A model generated the notes under the pieces. That model saw only the letters and a program-made list of their open reading frames with translations. It made no database searches and was not told where the DNA came from. 64,000 nucleotides of DNA from a virus. The DNA is taken from IMG/VR virus record IMGVR_UViG_3300005466_000025, positions 38,757 to 102,756 of that record; one strand, given 5' to 3'. Below are positions 29,366-38,936 of this stretch, in pieces. The translations under genes were made by a program, and so were the position numbers. Every line of letters starts with the position of its first letter. Within the stretch, counting starts at the first letter, position 1.

Positions 29366-32287
29366 CTAACTTGTCTGATTAGCTATCAATTCGACATTTA
29401 GATTTGAATAATCAACTATAGCAGATGCCTCAAGTGTGGTTAGTGCTATCTTTTCCACCTTTGGTGACGCTGCTGTTTCGGTTACATTTGTATATGTACG
29501 TGTTGCAATGAGGGTTGAACCCTCCTTTAGGTTCACAGTAAAGTCCAGTGTTTCATCCCCATCCTTATAAAACTGAATATTAATATAATGTTCAGTATCA
29601 ATACCAGGATCGGAGGCAGGAGCCAATTGAATTATGGCCTTGTCATTTGATGGATTGTTTCCTGACCTAATTGTCTCAGTTGGATATCCGGTAGCCACCG
29701 CCAACTCATCAATCTTTTCATAGAGTGGCGGCACTGTCCATGTTCCAGTTGAAATATCCCCAAATGGAACCACTGTGAAGTGGATGGAATCATCTAGATA
29801 CTGTTGTGCAAACTGGGAAACAAAATCGGTTTCAGCGATGGCCTCAACCGCCGTTGAAGGAACGGTAACCCCTGAGTTCAATAGGGACTCAAGATCGGTA
29901 ACCTCAATTGTTGGTGTTCCGGACCCACTGTTGCTGTCACTTTCCGCAGTTGCCTCAGCCATTGTCTGGCTTGAGGCGGATGTGTTAGTTACGGATTCAG
30001 CAATTGCCTCGGAGAAGGAATGGGTTCCTGTTCCTGTGTTGTCAACTGTGTCACCAGGCTGAGCCTCCGCAATAGTCTGGCTTGATGTGGCACTATTGCT
30101 TGTTGTTTCCGCAGTGGCCTCGGAGATGAACTGCGTTCCAGTTCCAACGTTGACCATGCTAGGCTCAGGAATTGTGTCCGTAATTCTGAGCGTTGCTGTT
30201 CCGGTATTGTCAACTGTCTCCGCAGTTGCCTCGGAAATTGCTGGTGTGCCTGTGCCTGTGTTGGAATCAGAGTCAGTCTCAGTCTCAACGGTTCTGATTG
30301 TCGCCGTTGCACTGTTACTTATAGTCTCCGCAGTCTTCTCAACAATTGTTGGAGCGCCTGTTCCGGTGTTGGCCTCAGTCTCAGACTGGAAATCAGAGAT
30401 TAGAATTGTTGCAGTTGCACTGTTGCTGTCAGTTTCAGCGATTGCCTCAGACAGATTCTGTGAGCCTGTGCCCACGTTTGTCATTGCTGGTTCAGGTTCA
30501 AGCTCCGTAATTCTATGAGTTGCTGTGCCCTGGTTGCTTACTGTCTCGGCAGTTGCATCCGTAATTGTTTGCGATCCAGTACCAGTGTTAGATTCTGTTT
30601 CCGCTGGCGCATCTGTGATTCGTGTTGTAGCAGTCGCAGAATTGCTTACTGTTTCTGCTGTAGCCTCTGCAAACGTCTGGGAGCCAACGCCAGTGTTGGA
30701 TTCTGTTTCTGTGGAACGCTCAGTTGTAAGAGTCTGTGTTGCTGTTGCGCTATTGCTGACTGTCTCAGCAATTGCCTCTGTAGTATTTTGTGAACCTGTT
30801 CCCTGGTTAGACTCAAGCTCGGATTGTGACTCAGTGATTCTGGTTGTTGCGGTTGCAGAGTTACTGATTGTTTCGGCTGTAGCCTCGGAGAATGTCTGGG
30901 TTCCAGTACCACTCTGATTGTCACTTTCCGATGTTCGCTCTGTGCTGAGTGTCTGACTTGCTGTTCCAGTGTTTGTGAGAACATCGTTAACACTTGGTGT
31001 AATAATGGTTTCATCAATTGCGATTGTTGCTGTTGCGGAATTAGAAACTGTTTCAGCAATTTTCTCAACAATTGACTGACCATCACCCATTCCATATGGT
31101 CCCCCACCGTATGCCCCTCCACCGTATGCCCCAGAGGTACCACCTTGGTTGGTAACTATTTCATAATCATACTGTGTTATAACTTGTGTTGATTTCGGCG
31201 GCGAAGGAGTATATGTGACATTCACACTGTCAACATACATCTTTGCTCCGGAATCATTGGCGTGGTGACTGCTTGCCAAAAGGGCAAACTGATCGGCAGT
31301 TGTGCTTGGTGGATACAGTGAATCCGTAAATGATGAGTTGAATGAGGTTGGTTCTGTAGTTCCATCTAGCCATACCTTATATGCAAAATTATTATTCTCT
31401 ACTACTATTCTGCACCAGAACCATTGATCCGGAATTGGAGGGCCTATGATTGTATATCCAGCATCCCCGGCCAAGTTAGTCTGAGTTATGTCCACTATGC
31501 TGTTAGTTAATCTATAATTAGGTGGACTTCCGCCCAATTCGTTCATCATTCTATAAACAGTTGTTCCATTGCTCCTAAAATAGAACCATAGTCTAAGAAC
31601 ATTTGATGGTGGCTGAGTATAAGTGATCTTGAATCTATAAAGGGCGCTTAGGTTTCCTACTCCACCAATGGCTCCTCCGATTGAAGTAGCTGTTGGGGCA
31701 CCAGCATTCGAGAATACCAGGCTGCCGCCTGTAATATCTACATTGGCTGCTGTTCCCCCGATTGTATAAACAAATCCGGAATCAGATGTTCCTGCGCCAT
31801 CTGTTACAGAACGATTAAATTCATCAAGGAGGGGAGTAAATGTGTATGGGGAGCCAGGAGGTAGCGACTCCGCAACAGACTCGACCAATGTCTGGGATGC
31901 TGTCGCAGAGTTGGATACTGTCTCCCTTGTTGCCTCAGCCGTAAGGGCGTTGGTTGAGGAACCGGAGTTATTAACTGTGTCCCCATACAGATCGGTTAGT
32001 GTCTGTGTATCAGATGCACTGTTGGAATCCGTATCCGCAGTTGCGTCAAGGGCAAAGTTCTGGGATGCCGTCCCCTGGTTATCCTTATTCGGTTCCCTTG
32101 TTACCTCGGCGGCAAGGGCTGTTGTTGCGGAACCAGACTGATTTACACCCTGGGCCTCAGCGGTAGTTATTGTTTGGGATGCAGTCCCGGTATTATCAAG
32201 GGTGTCAATTTCACCCGCAAATGCAGGCGCGGCAATAACACCAAAGGGTCTTGGCTTAGAAGGAAATCCTCTACCGAAAACTGGCAT
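29366..32287 (-). CDS. 973-aa Ser/Thr-rich repeat virion protein with a lectin-like insert
   Basis: about 30 copies of an ~19-aa ET(V/E)SN(S/T)(A/G)T(A/G) repeat; beta-rich insert starting DEFNR. Confidence 0.75.
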   Translation of the reverse strand: MPVFGRGFPSKPRPFGVIAAPAFAGEIDTLDNTGTASQTITTAEAQGVNQSGSATTALAAEVTREPNKDNQGTASQNFALDATADTDSNSASDTQTLTDLYGDTVNNSGSSTNALTAEATRETVSNSATASQTLVESVAESLPPGSPYTFTPLLDEFNRSVTDGAGTSDSGFVYTIGGTAANVDITGGSLVFSNAGAPTATSIGGAIGGVGNLSALYRFKITYTQPPSNVLRLWFYFRSNGTTVYRMMNELGGSPPNYRLTNSIVDITQTNLAGDAGYTIIGPPIPDQWFWCRIVVENNNFAYKVWLDGTTEPTSFNSSFTDSLYPPSTTADQFALLASSHHANDSGAKMYVDSVNVTYTPSPPKSTQVITQYDYEIVTNQGGTSGAYGGGAYGGGPYGMGDGQSIVEKIAETVSNSATATIAIDETIITPSVNDVLTNTGTASQTLSTERTSESDNQSGTGTQTFSEATAETISNSATATTRITESQSELESNQGTGSQNTTEAIAETVSNSATATQTLTTERSTETESNTGVGSQTFAEATAETVSNSATATTRITDAPAETESNTGTGSQTITDATAETVSNQGTATHRITELEPEPAMTNVGTGSQNLSEAIAETDSNSATATILISDFQSETEANTGTGAPTIVEKTAETISNSATATIRTVETETDSDSNTGTGTPAISEATAETVDNTGTATLRITDTIPEPSMVNVGTGTQFISEATAETTSNSATSSQTIAEAQPGDTVDNTGTGTHSFSEAIAESVTNTSASSQTMAEATAESDSNSGSGTPTIEVTDLESLLNSGVTVPSTAVEAIAETDFVSQFAQQYLDDSIHFTVVPFGDISTGTWTVPPLYEKIDELAVATGYPTETIRSGNNPSNDKAIIQLAPASDPGIDTEHYINIQFYKDGDETLDFTVNLKEGSTLIATRTYTNVTETAASPKVEKIALTTLEASAIVDYSNLNVELIANQTS

Positions 32288-33067
32288 TTAGAAAAATGCT
32301 CCCATTGCTACGGACTGGGCATCAATTACCTTTGTATTCGCAAAGGCCGCAAGGATGGGAGGATCAGGCGCAGGACGAACAGCAATTGTTATCGCTGCAT
32401 CTCTGGCGTTAGATGTATCCATTGTGAATGCACCAACATCTTCTGAGGATGCATTAAGTTGTCTAAATGCCACGGCAATTTCAATTTCCCCAATTGTGCT
32501 TGTGTCCGCCGTTGCGGCATCCGCATAACTACCATAGTTTGTTGGGGCGGACGTAACTCCTGTCCATGAGCCAGTGGCGCTTGTTTCACCTGAAGCCGCA
32601 ACTGCTATCCAAAGGGTATCCTCAGAGGCCCATCCGGCAGGGTCAAATGAAGCCGGGTTAGCTGTACCGGCGGCGCTTGTGGCATAACTTCCTGCTTCCG
32701 GAGGAGTTGAGGCGTGCGCCCCAGGGATAGACATTAGACACATTGAGGCACCACCAGTGACGGTTGCCGCCTCCGTCACAGTAAATGTACCAGTCTCGGA
32801 GCCGGTACTCCATTTATAGGCACAGCCAATTGCCACAGTAGTTGTGGTAGAGAAGTCACCAAACTCCGTGAAGCTTCCGCCCCACGCCGACCACACCGTA
32901 TTGGCTGTGGCTGATGACTGGTAGGCTGCAACAATGGCGATCAAAAGATCGCCTGAGTTTTTAGTCAGAGATGATAGGTTCGGGAAGGTACGTGTACCAG
33001 ATGCGCCTACCGCATTTGTGAAGAGTACGCGAGACGCCCCCGCAGTTGGAATCGTAGGGAACGTCAT
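32288..33067 (-). CDS. putative virion structural protein
   Basis: SGDLLIAIV..YKW...E beta-sandwich pattern, Ala/Thr-rich. Confidence 0.65.
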   Translation of the reverse strand: MTFPTIPTAGASRVLFTNAVGASGTRTFPNLSSLTKNSGDLLIAIVAAYQSSATANTVWSAWGGSFTEFGDFSTTTTVAIGCAYKWSTGSETGTFTVTEAATVTGGASMCLMSIPGAHASTPPEAGSYATSAAGTANPASFDPAGWASEDTLWIAVAASGETSATGSWTGVTSAPTNYGSYADAATADTSTIGEIEIAVAFRQLNASSEDVGAFTMDTSNARDAAITIAVRPAPDPPILAAFANTKVIDAQSVAMGAFF

Positions 33068-33079
33068 TTTTCAACCTCC

Positions 33080-33346
33080 CTACTCTTCTAATGCCCACGC
33101 ATGTTCTACTGCACCCGTTCTTACTAGCCTCTTCTTCTTGGAGTATTCCTTTGTCTTCCAAACCAATACATCATCATCATCGGTTACCCCTACTACTCTC
33201 TTGCCAACCACCTCATAATCATGCTTGGCTTGCTCCATTGCTTCCTTTTTGGTTGCATAATTAGCCTTATATAGTTTTTCTGGGGCTGTATCTGATGATG
33301 GATCAGCTTCATTCCATACCAATGAGTACATTTTATCCCTCCTCAA
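33080..33346 (-). CDS. hypothetical protein
   Basis: late operon; likely start 33331. Confidence 0.55.
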   Translation of the reverse strand: MRRDKMYSLVWNEADPSSDTAPEKLYKANYATKKEAMEQAKHDYEVVGKRVVGVTDDDDVLVWKTKEYSKKKRLVRTGAVEHAWALEE

Positions 33347-33794
33347 ACTCTATATATGCCTGGGCATTTACTGACGCCGCAGCCGTTAATCTAAGAAGCA
33401 AACCGTCTGCCGTAACAGTTTCCTCTGGCTCTCTTCCTAGAGGAAACTGCATTGCAAGTCCTGTCTGTGGGTGAACCCTCCATCTTTTCCAAGTTGTAAG
33501 GGTCGTAGGTTCAGTTGAATAGTTCTTGTTACATGTTGCCTGAACCGTTCTTGTTGCGCCACCAGTCTGCACGATAGTCACAGAGGAACTTCCTGTACCG
33601 TTACCAGCCTGGGTTGAATAGCAAAGCTCAACCAATACCGGCGTGGCGGTAGATGATGTTCCATCAAATGACACAGCAAGCTCAACGATTCTGAGCAGGG
33701 CATTAGAACCTGCGATAACATTTAGAATTGTTTTTGCGGTTGCCGCAGAGAGAGCTACGTCTCCGCCCGTTTCCGCCGAATATCGTGCTGCCAT
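33333..33794 (-). CDS. putative virion structural protein
   Basis: Ala/Thr-rich beta protein ending EFEEG. Confidence 0.65.
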   Translation of the reverse strand: MAARYSAETGGDVALSAATAKTILNVIAGSNALLRIVELAVSFDGTSSTATPVLVELCYSTQAGNGTGSSSVTIVQTGGATRTVQATCNKNYSTEPTTLTTWKRWRVHPQTGLAMQFPLGREPEETVTADGLLLRLTAAASVNAQAYIEFEEG

Positions 33795-33795
33795 T

Positions 33796-34359
33796 TTATG
33801 TCTGCTTATCTCTTAGAGTTACAAGGTAGGACTCACCTGATACGAATGTTCTTGATGTGTTGTTGGCTGTGTGATATGCAGTTGACACATACAGGAACAA
33901 TGTTCCAGTAAACGTTGATGCAACAGACGCCAAGGCAACGTGGGATACAGGAACGTTTCCTGTGAATGCCCCGAATGTCTTCTGTGTGGCTGTAATCTGC
34001 TGATCACCTACGTCTAGAGCCGGTGAACCCCAATCGGTTGCAGAAATCTGTGTTCTGGCATAACCGTTTGTGTTGATGGTTACCGCCTCAGTGATAGTCG
34101 CCAACGTTGAAGTCTTAACTGGCGCTGAGCCTCCCGCCATGTTTAGAAGGAAGAGCCACTTGTTTAGGTTGGACTGTTCCCTTGCCCAGACGTTAAGCAT
34201 GTGTGCCTGACCGTCGTTTGTAAGGGCATTTGGTGAGTAGAATTCCGAATCAAAGATTTTCTTACCTTCAATGTCAAAAATCTCCTCCCGCATTTCAAAC
34301 GCAAGACTGTCAGCGTGGACAATGTTTCTAGCTGGCTTTAGAATCTTTGGAAATCTCAT
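33796..34359 (-). CDS. putative virion structural protein
   Basis: NALTNDG, NGYAR motifs seen in phage tail/baseplate-associated proteins. Confidence 0.65.
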   Translation of the reverse strand: MRFPKILKPARNIVHADSLAFEMREEIFDIEGKKIFDSEFYSPNALTNDGQAHMLNVWAREQSNLNKWLFLLNMAGGSAPVKTSTLATITEAVTINTNGYARTQISATDWGSPALDVGDQQITATQKTFGAFTGNVPVSHVALASVASTFTGTLFLYVSTAYHTANNTSRTFVSGESYLVTLRDKQT

Positions 34360-34364
34360 AGTGC

Positions 34365-34580
34365 TTATTCACCTCCTTGAATGTCTTCTGATGGGTACTC
34401 CTCAAATGCACGCACTTCCTCAATAAGACTGTCGCTCATTGTAACCGTGCGTCTTTCACCGCACTCGCGGTCGGCACAATATTGAACCTCATATGGTTCA
34501 TCATGCTCAATTGGATCAAATGAATAAAATTGTGTAAGCCATTCATGCTTATGCTTGCTCATCTGGTACTTCCTCCTCAT
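34365..34580 (-). CDS. small hypothetical protein
   Basis: HKHEW...C..ECG; likely start 34562. Confidence 0.5.
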   Translation of the reverse strand: MRRKYQMSKHKHEWLTQFYSFDPIEHDEPYEVQYCADRECGERRTVTMSDSLIEEVRAFEEYPSEDIQGGE

Positions 34581-36441
34581 CTACATGTGTAATGTTTCCA
34601 TCGTCATCCCTAACAACTGTTTTTCTTATCTTTTTAGATGGAGTCTCCGAGGCCTTTACTTCCACATTAACAACAGGTGGTTCCTGTGGCTTAAGACTTT
34701 TCTTAATCTCCTCAACTTCAGACAAAACTGCCTTAGTCATTTTAGCAGTTTCTTTGTCCTCTTCTGAGGTTTCATTGTTAACAATTATAATTCTTTCCCT
34801 GTCGTTATAATATCTGCCTTGTTCATCGATTCCAGCCTCCCCAAACTTTGCGTCCCTTTGCTTTGGCTTAGTTGGCATACCTGAATTCTGGGCTGCCGGA
34901 TCAACCTTGTGTCCCTTAAGGGCCGCTGATTCCCTAAGCTTCTGAAGCTCATGTTCATTGGCTGCCTGCTCCTGCTCGGCAAGCTTCTCAAGATTTCTCT
35001 GTGTTTCCTGCCATGACAACAGCGGGATACCCAACTGGTCAAGCATTTCACGAACGTCAACCTCTGGAACCCCACCATTCTTGTTGGCGATGGCCCCAAT
35101 GATTGCACGCATTGTTTCAGTATCACGGGAGTCAAATCCGGTGGTTACCTTCTCAGCCTTGGGACCACCAGGGCCGAAGTTAACCTCTAGCAACTGAGGG
35201 ATCATATAGCGATTGATAAGATCGTCAATCTCCTCCATTACGATAGCCTGGGACTCCTGGAATATGTCGCCAAACTGCTCGGCAACATTTCTGGATGACT
35301 GTCCGCCCTGTCCCTCAACAAGGGACTGTTCCGGAACCATCATTGATCGTAGCTTTAGAACGTCGAGGTACTTGAATGTTGTGTCCAAGGCATCGAAGTT
35401 GGCCTTGCTCTCCAACTGTTGAATCTCCCACTTCTTCTGGGTTGTGATCCTATCGTCCGCCATATTTGTGTGGGGATCAGATGGAAGGGAACCGTTGGCA
35501 CCTGAACGCATTTGTTCAGCGAAGGCCAATGCCTCCGGTGCATAGTCAACAGGATTTCCATCGGCGTCAAATGCTGTTTCCCCAGGATGGTATACAACCA
35601 TTGGAGGATCGGCCCAACGCTCAAAGGCTCGGTCAGCTAGACCGAACTTGTACCAATAGCTCCACCAATATCTGTAGGCATAGCCTAGGCGTGGGTATCC
35701 CCATAGGGAGCCATATACTGAGTCCTTTTCATTGGTTGCCCACAATGCCCAGTCAAGAGGAACATCGGCCACCTTACTTGAGGAGTTTCCTCCGAACTCC
35801 CGGAGGGGCTGTCCTGATGTACCAAAGGCACCTATACCTGAGTTAGGTGCAAAGTCAATGCCGTTGAAGTCACCCTTGGCGCTCCAATGCGGGGTAACAA
35901 AGCGCGGATTAAGTGCCAGGAAGGGCTTCCAAACTAGGGCATCAACACTCTTGCTGTCCCATACTGGTAGCTCTGGCTGATCTGGATTGTCCCTGTCCAC
36001 ATAAGTCCAGTCTGGATTTTCATATTCAAATCTCTTGACCATGGCAGAGTAGCCAAAGGAAAAGCAGTTGGTGTACGCCAAAATGAGTCGTCCATAAATT
36101 CTCCTCAAACAGTTGTCAACGAATGCCGCCCGTTTTGCATCGGTGCATCTGATATACCATGGCGCTCTAACGAGTGGCACCTTGATAAACATCAGTCCGA
36201 ACGATAAGATAGGGTCCCTTTGCATCTGTTCCAGCTTGCTAAGGGAAATCTTGGTCATATCAAATGGCTGACCAAGAAGGTCAGACATTGAATTCCAGTT
36301 AACCCACTGGTCCGATGCCGATCTAGTAGTAGGCCGTCTGTCCTGTGCCAGTCTCTTCTTTAGACGATCTTCAACGCTACCGTTTCCATTGGAATCAGCA
36401 AATTTTGCAATTCTATTGAATTCAGATGAATCTATAGTCAT
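34549..36441 (-). CDS. portal protein (DUF935/Mu gp29-like)
   Basis: follows TerL; FGYS..VK, LGYAYRYW, ERWADPP, INRYMIPQLLEVNFG. Confidence 0.85.
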   Translation of the reverse strand: MTIDSSEFNRIAKFADSNGNGSVEDRLKKRLAQDRRPTTRSASDQWVNWNSMSDLLGQPFDMTKISLSKLEQMQRDPILSFGLMFIKVPLVRAPWYIRCTDAKRAAFVDNCLRRIYGRLILAYTNCFSFGYSAMVKRFEYENPDWTYVDRDNPDQPELPVWDSKSVDALVWKPFLALNPRFVTPHWSAKGDFNGIDFAPNSGIGAFGTSGQPLREFGGNSSSKVADVPLDWALWATNEKDSVYGSLWGYPRLGYAYRYWWSYWYKFGLADRAFERWADPPMVVYHPGETAFDADGNPVDYAPEALAFAEQMRSGANGSLPSDPHTNMADDRITTQKKWEIQQLESKANFDALDTTFKYLDVLKLRSMMVPEQSLVEGQGGQSSRNVAEQFGDIFQESQAIVMEEIDDLINRYMIPQLLEVNFGPGGPKAEKVTTGFDSRDTETMRAIIGAIANKNGGVPEVDVREMLDQLGIPLLSWQETQRNLEKLAEQEQAANEHELQKLRESAALKGHKVDPAAQNSGMPTKPKQRDAKFGEAGIDEQGRYYNDRERIIIVNNETSEEDKETAKMTKAVLSEVEEIKKSLKPQEPPVVNVEVKASETPSKKIRKTVVRDDDGNITHVDEEEVPDEQA

Positions 36442-36444
36442 ATA

Positions 36445-38211
36445 TTATCTCGGCATATATCTTTTGGCAGACGACTTTATCGGTGATTTCCACACCGTTT
36501 CATGAATATTACCGTCAGTCCTTGGACCGCTTGCTGTGATTGACCCCTTCTTTTCCAATACTTTAAGGTTTTCCATGGTATATCTGAAGTTTGACATGGT
36601 GTGGTTGAAGTCATCCACCGGCTTTTCCATCTCATATTCGAATCCCATCTTCTTTGATGGGTAGTGATATGCCTCGGCCTCAATCGGAAACATCTTTACT
36701 GCTTCAATATCAACGGCGAATAGATCGTCCTTTAGGATGGCATTGCATGTCTTGATCTGCTCAATGATATCCCTTGTGCATATAAACATACATCTTAGAC
36801 CCATTCTAATGAAGTCCCTTCTGGCTGCCGCAACGGCGGGGTCGTCAAATCTCCATCGAACCTTCCATTGTGGTCCATATTTTGCTACATAATTGGCTTC
36901 CTTAGCCTTAATCAACTCTGCAATTTCAATATTACCAGTTTCAGCACGGTATATTTCATCAAAACACACCCTTGTTCCAGCCTTGAGAAGCTTCATTGGG
37001 CCTTCGCTTCTTGTCTGGTTCTTTCCATAGACCATTGTGTCCTGGGCCAGGATTTGATACCAGTTCACGGCTGACGGAGTGGTTCCGCCTCCATAGTCGA
37101 TGCCCATTACAATTGTCCCAAGGTCAGGAGTAGGGGCGTACCACTTGATTCCATAGCGTTCCAAATCCCATGACTTGAATACCATTCCCCCGGTTTCCGG
37201 CTTGGAACATTCCTGCTGAGCCTCCCACTCCTCCTGATCAGAGGACTGGAATCTCTTGTGGGTGTTGTCCAGGTCAACAAAGCCTTGACTCTTAAAGAGC
37301 TTCCCCTTGCATACCTCATTGAATCTTCTTGGGCGTCCGTCCTCCCACTTTCCCTTCACCACCATATTGCAGTTGCAAAGCTCTTCCTCAGGCTTGTCCT
37401 TATTCTCCGGTGCCTCCCTGCATCCAGGCTGATTCTTTGTTGTCTCATACACACACCATGTGTATAGCTCCCACGGTGGCTTGAACCCCTGCTTTTTAGC
37501 CTCATTAATTTCATCAACAAGCTTCTGCATGGGTCCAAAGGGGCGCTGACGTGTTGAGGTAACCCAGTCCTGCGCCTTGATTACAGTCTCACTTCCGTCC
37601 TCATTGGTTATTGTTTTGGACTGGGATATATGTCTTGACTGCTGCCATACGTCGGGTGGCATCTGGTCCTGCTCGTCGGCATGGACCTTTTGATTGTGGG
37701 GTCCTGACACGGCGGACATTGTTCCTGGGACAATCTCCACCAGGGAGCCATTATCGAACCTTGTCTCTGATTCAATAGTCCTAACAATTTTAGGATGGTC
37801 CTTTGGTTCATATACACCCTCTCCTCCGTGGACAATAAGGAACTTCTTGAGGTTCTCATAGGCCCTCTTTGACTGGGCCTCAATGGCACCCACAGTAAGG
37901 GACTCACACCCTGGCTTGAACAGGGAGTTTAGAAGGTGAAGGATGGCTGAGCTAGCGGTCTTTGATCCACCACGATTAGCCATGGCAACGGCAGCCGTGA
38001 CCCTCTCAAAATATAGATCGGCAATAAAACTGAACGGCGCCTGATGGCCGTCGCAAACAGCCACCCTAGGGATGTTCATTTTAAGATGTTTTAAAATCCA
38101 GGCGTGAAGTTCATCGTCGGTCTGTGGTCCCTTGACCGCAGATTGCTTTTTAAGTTCCGCTAGATTCTTCGCTAATCTCTGAAGGTCCTTCGTCCCTAAC
38201 GACTTCAGCAT
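36445..38211 (-). CDS. terL: terminase large subunit
   Basis: Walker A NRGGSKT, Walker B VHADE, nuclease GIDYG..DP..DDFNH; start uncertain (ORF open to 38343). Confidence 0.9.
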   Translation of the reverse strand: MLKSLGTKDLQRLAKNLAELKKQSAVKGPQTDDELHAWILKHLKMNIPRVAVCDGHQAPFSFIADLYFERVTAAVAMANRGGSKTASSAILHLLNSLFKPGCESLTVGAIEAQSKRAYENLKKFLIVHGGEGVYEPKDHPKIVRTIESETRFDNGSLVEIVPGTMSAVSGPHNQKVHADEQDQMPPDVWQQSRHISQSKTITNEDGSETVIKAQDWVTSTRQRPFGPMQKLVDEINEAKKQGFKPPWELYTWCVYETTKNQPGCREAPENKDKPEEELCNCNMVVKGKWEDGRPRRFNEVCKGKLFKSQGFVDLDNTHKRFQSSDQEEWEAQQECSKPETGGMVFKSWDLERYGIKWYAPTPDLGTIVMGIDYGGGTTPSAVNWYQILAQDTMVYGKNQTRSEGPMKLLKAGTRVCFDEIYRAETGNIEIAELIKAKEANYVAKYGPQWKVRWRFDDPAVAAARRDFIRMGLRCMFICTRDIIEQIKTCNAILKDDLFAVDIEAVKMFPIEAEAYHYPSKKMGFEYEMEKPVDDFNHTMSNFRYTMENLKVLEKKGSITASGPRTDGNIHETVWKSPIKSSAKRYMPR

Positions 38212-38596
38212 CTCCAATTCGGATGACTCCGGAGTCCCTGAGTTCCCCGAGTTGGTCTGCGACGAGGGCAAGGAGTTCTTCTCTTCTAAGTTGGTCAATC
38301 TTTTCCTCTTCTTCCACTGTAATTTTACGCTCCTGCTCCTCAATCCTCATTAGCGTATTGAATGTGGCCGACGCAACCTTCTCCCCACCTTCTAGGACAA
38401 TATCCCTCATCCTCTGGTAGAATAGATCGGCATCTTCCCGTACCTGCTCGGCTACATGTTCAGAAGCCCGAGGCTTTTTAGGACGGCCGCCCATTTTTCC
38501 ATACTCGGCACCAGCCCGTCCCTGTTTATGTAATTCAAGCATTCTTTGACGACGGGCTTCCCGCTCCTCGTCTGAAATGTTCACCATTTTTCCCAT
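38150..38596 (-). CDS. putative terminase small subunit
   Basis: first late gene upstream of TerL; GKMGGRPKK. Confidence 0.6.
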   Translation of the reverse strand: MGKMVNISDEEREARRQRMLELHKQGRAGAEYGKMGGRPKKPRASEHVAEQVREDADLFYQRMRDIVLEGGEKVASATFNTLMRIEEQERKITVEEEEKIDQLRREELLALVADQLGELRDSGVIRIGDAEVVRDEGPSEISEESSGT

Positions 38597-38936
38597 AACC
38601 TATAAAATTGTACCCTTACAGAATCCTTACCCACCTGTAACTAAAAACACTTCTAGGGGTAGGGTCAGGATGCTATAATTTCACCGTACTATAGAGGAGA
38701 AGTAGTAATACAAGGAAGTATATGAATAAATTTATCTATTACTACTCTCCTTATAAGTATTTCTTTAAAATAGAATATGATGATTATAACTTATTTATTA
38801 TCTTCTAATTATATTCTTTATTAATACTTATTATATATAGCGCAGTTGCATTTCTTAACAAAGCCCTTACAGGTTCCTCAGAAGTGGGAGTACAGGGTCA
38901 TGCTATGATGTTCCCTCTTCTACAGATGGAGGTTAG
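38597..38936. promoter_or_regulatory. divergent promoter region with AT-rich core, candidate replication origin
   Basis: TGCTATAAT (~38671), TGCTATGAT (~38901), minus-strand TACAAT (~38607-38612); very AT-rich 38720-38840; upstream of the helicase. Confidence 0.65.

Noticed and set aside
29775-32141. Plus-strand ORFs and DNA repeats that might suggest a CRISPR array or second gene
   Set aside because: Antisense shadows of the 973-aa repeat protein; repeats are degenerate at codon third positions with no repeat-spacer structure.
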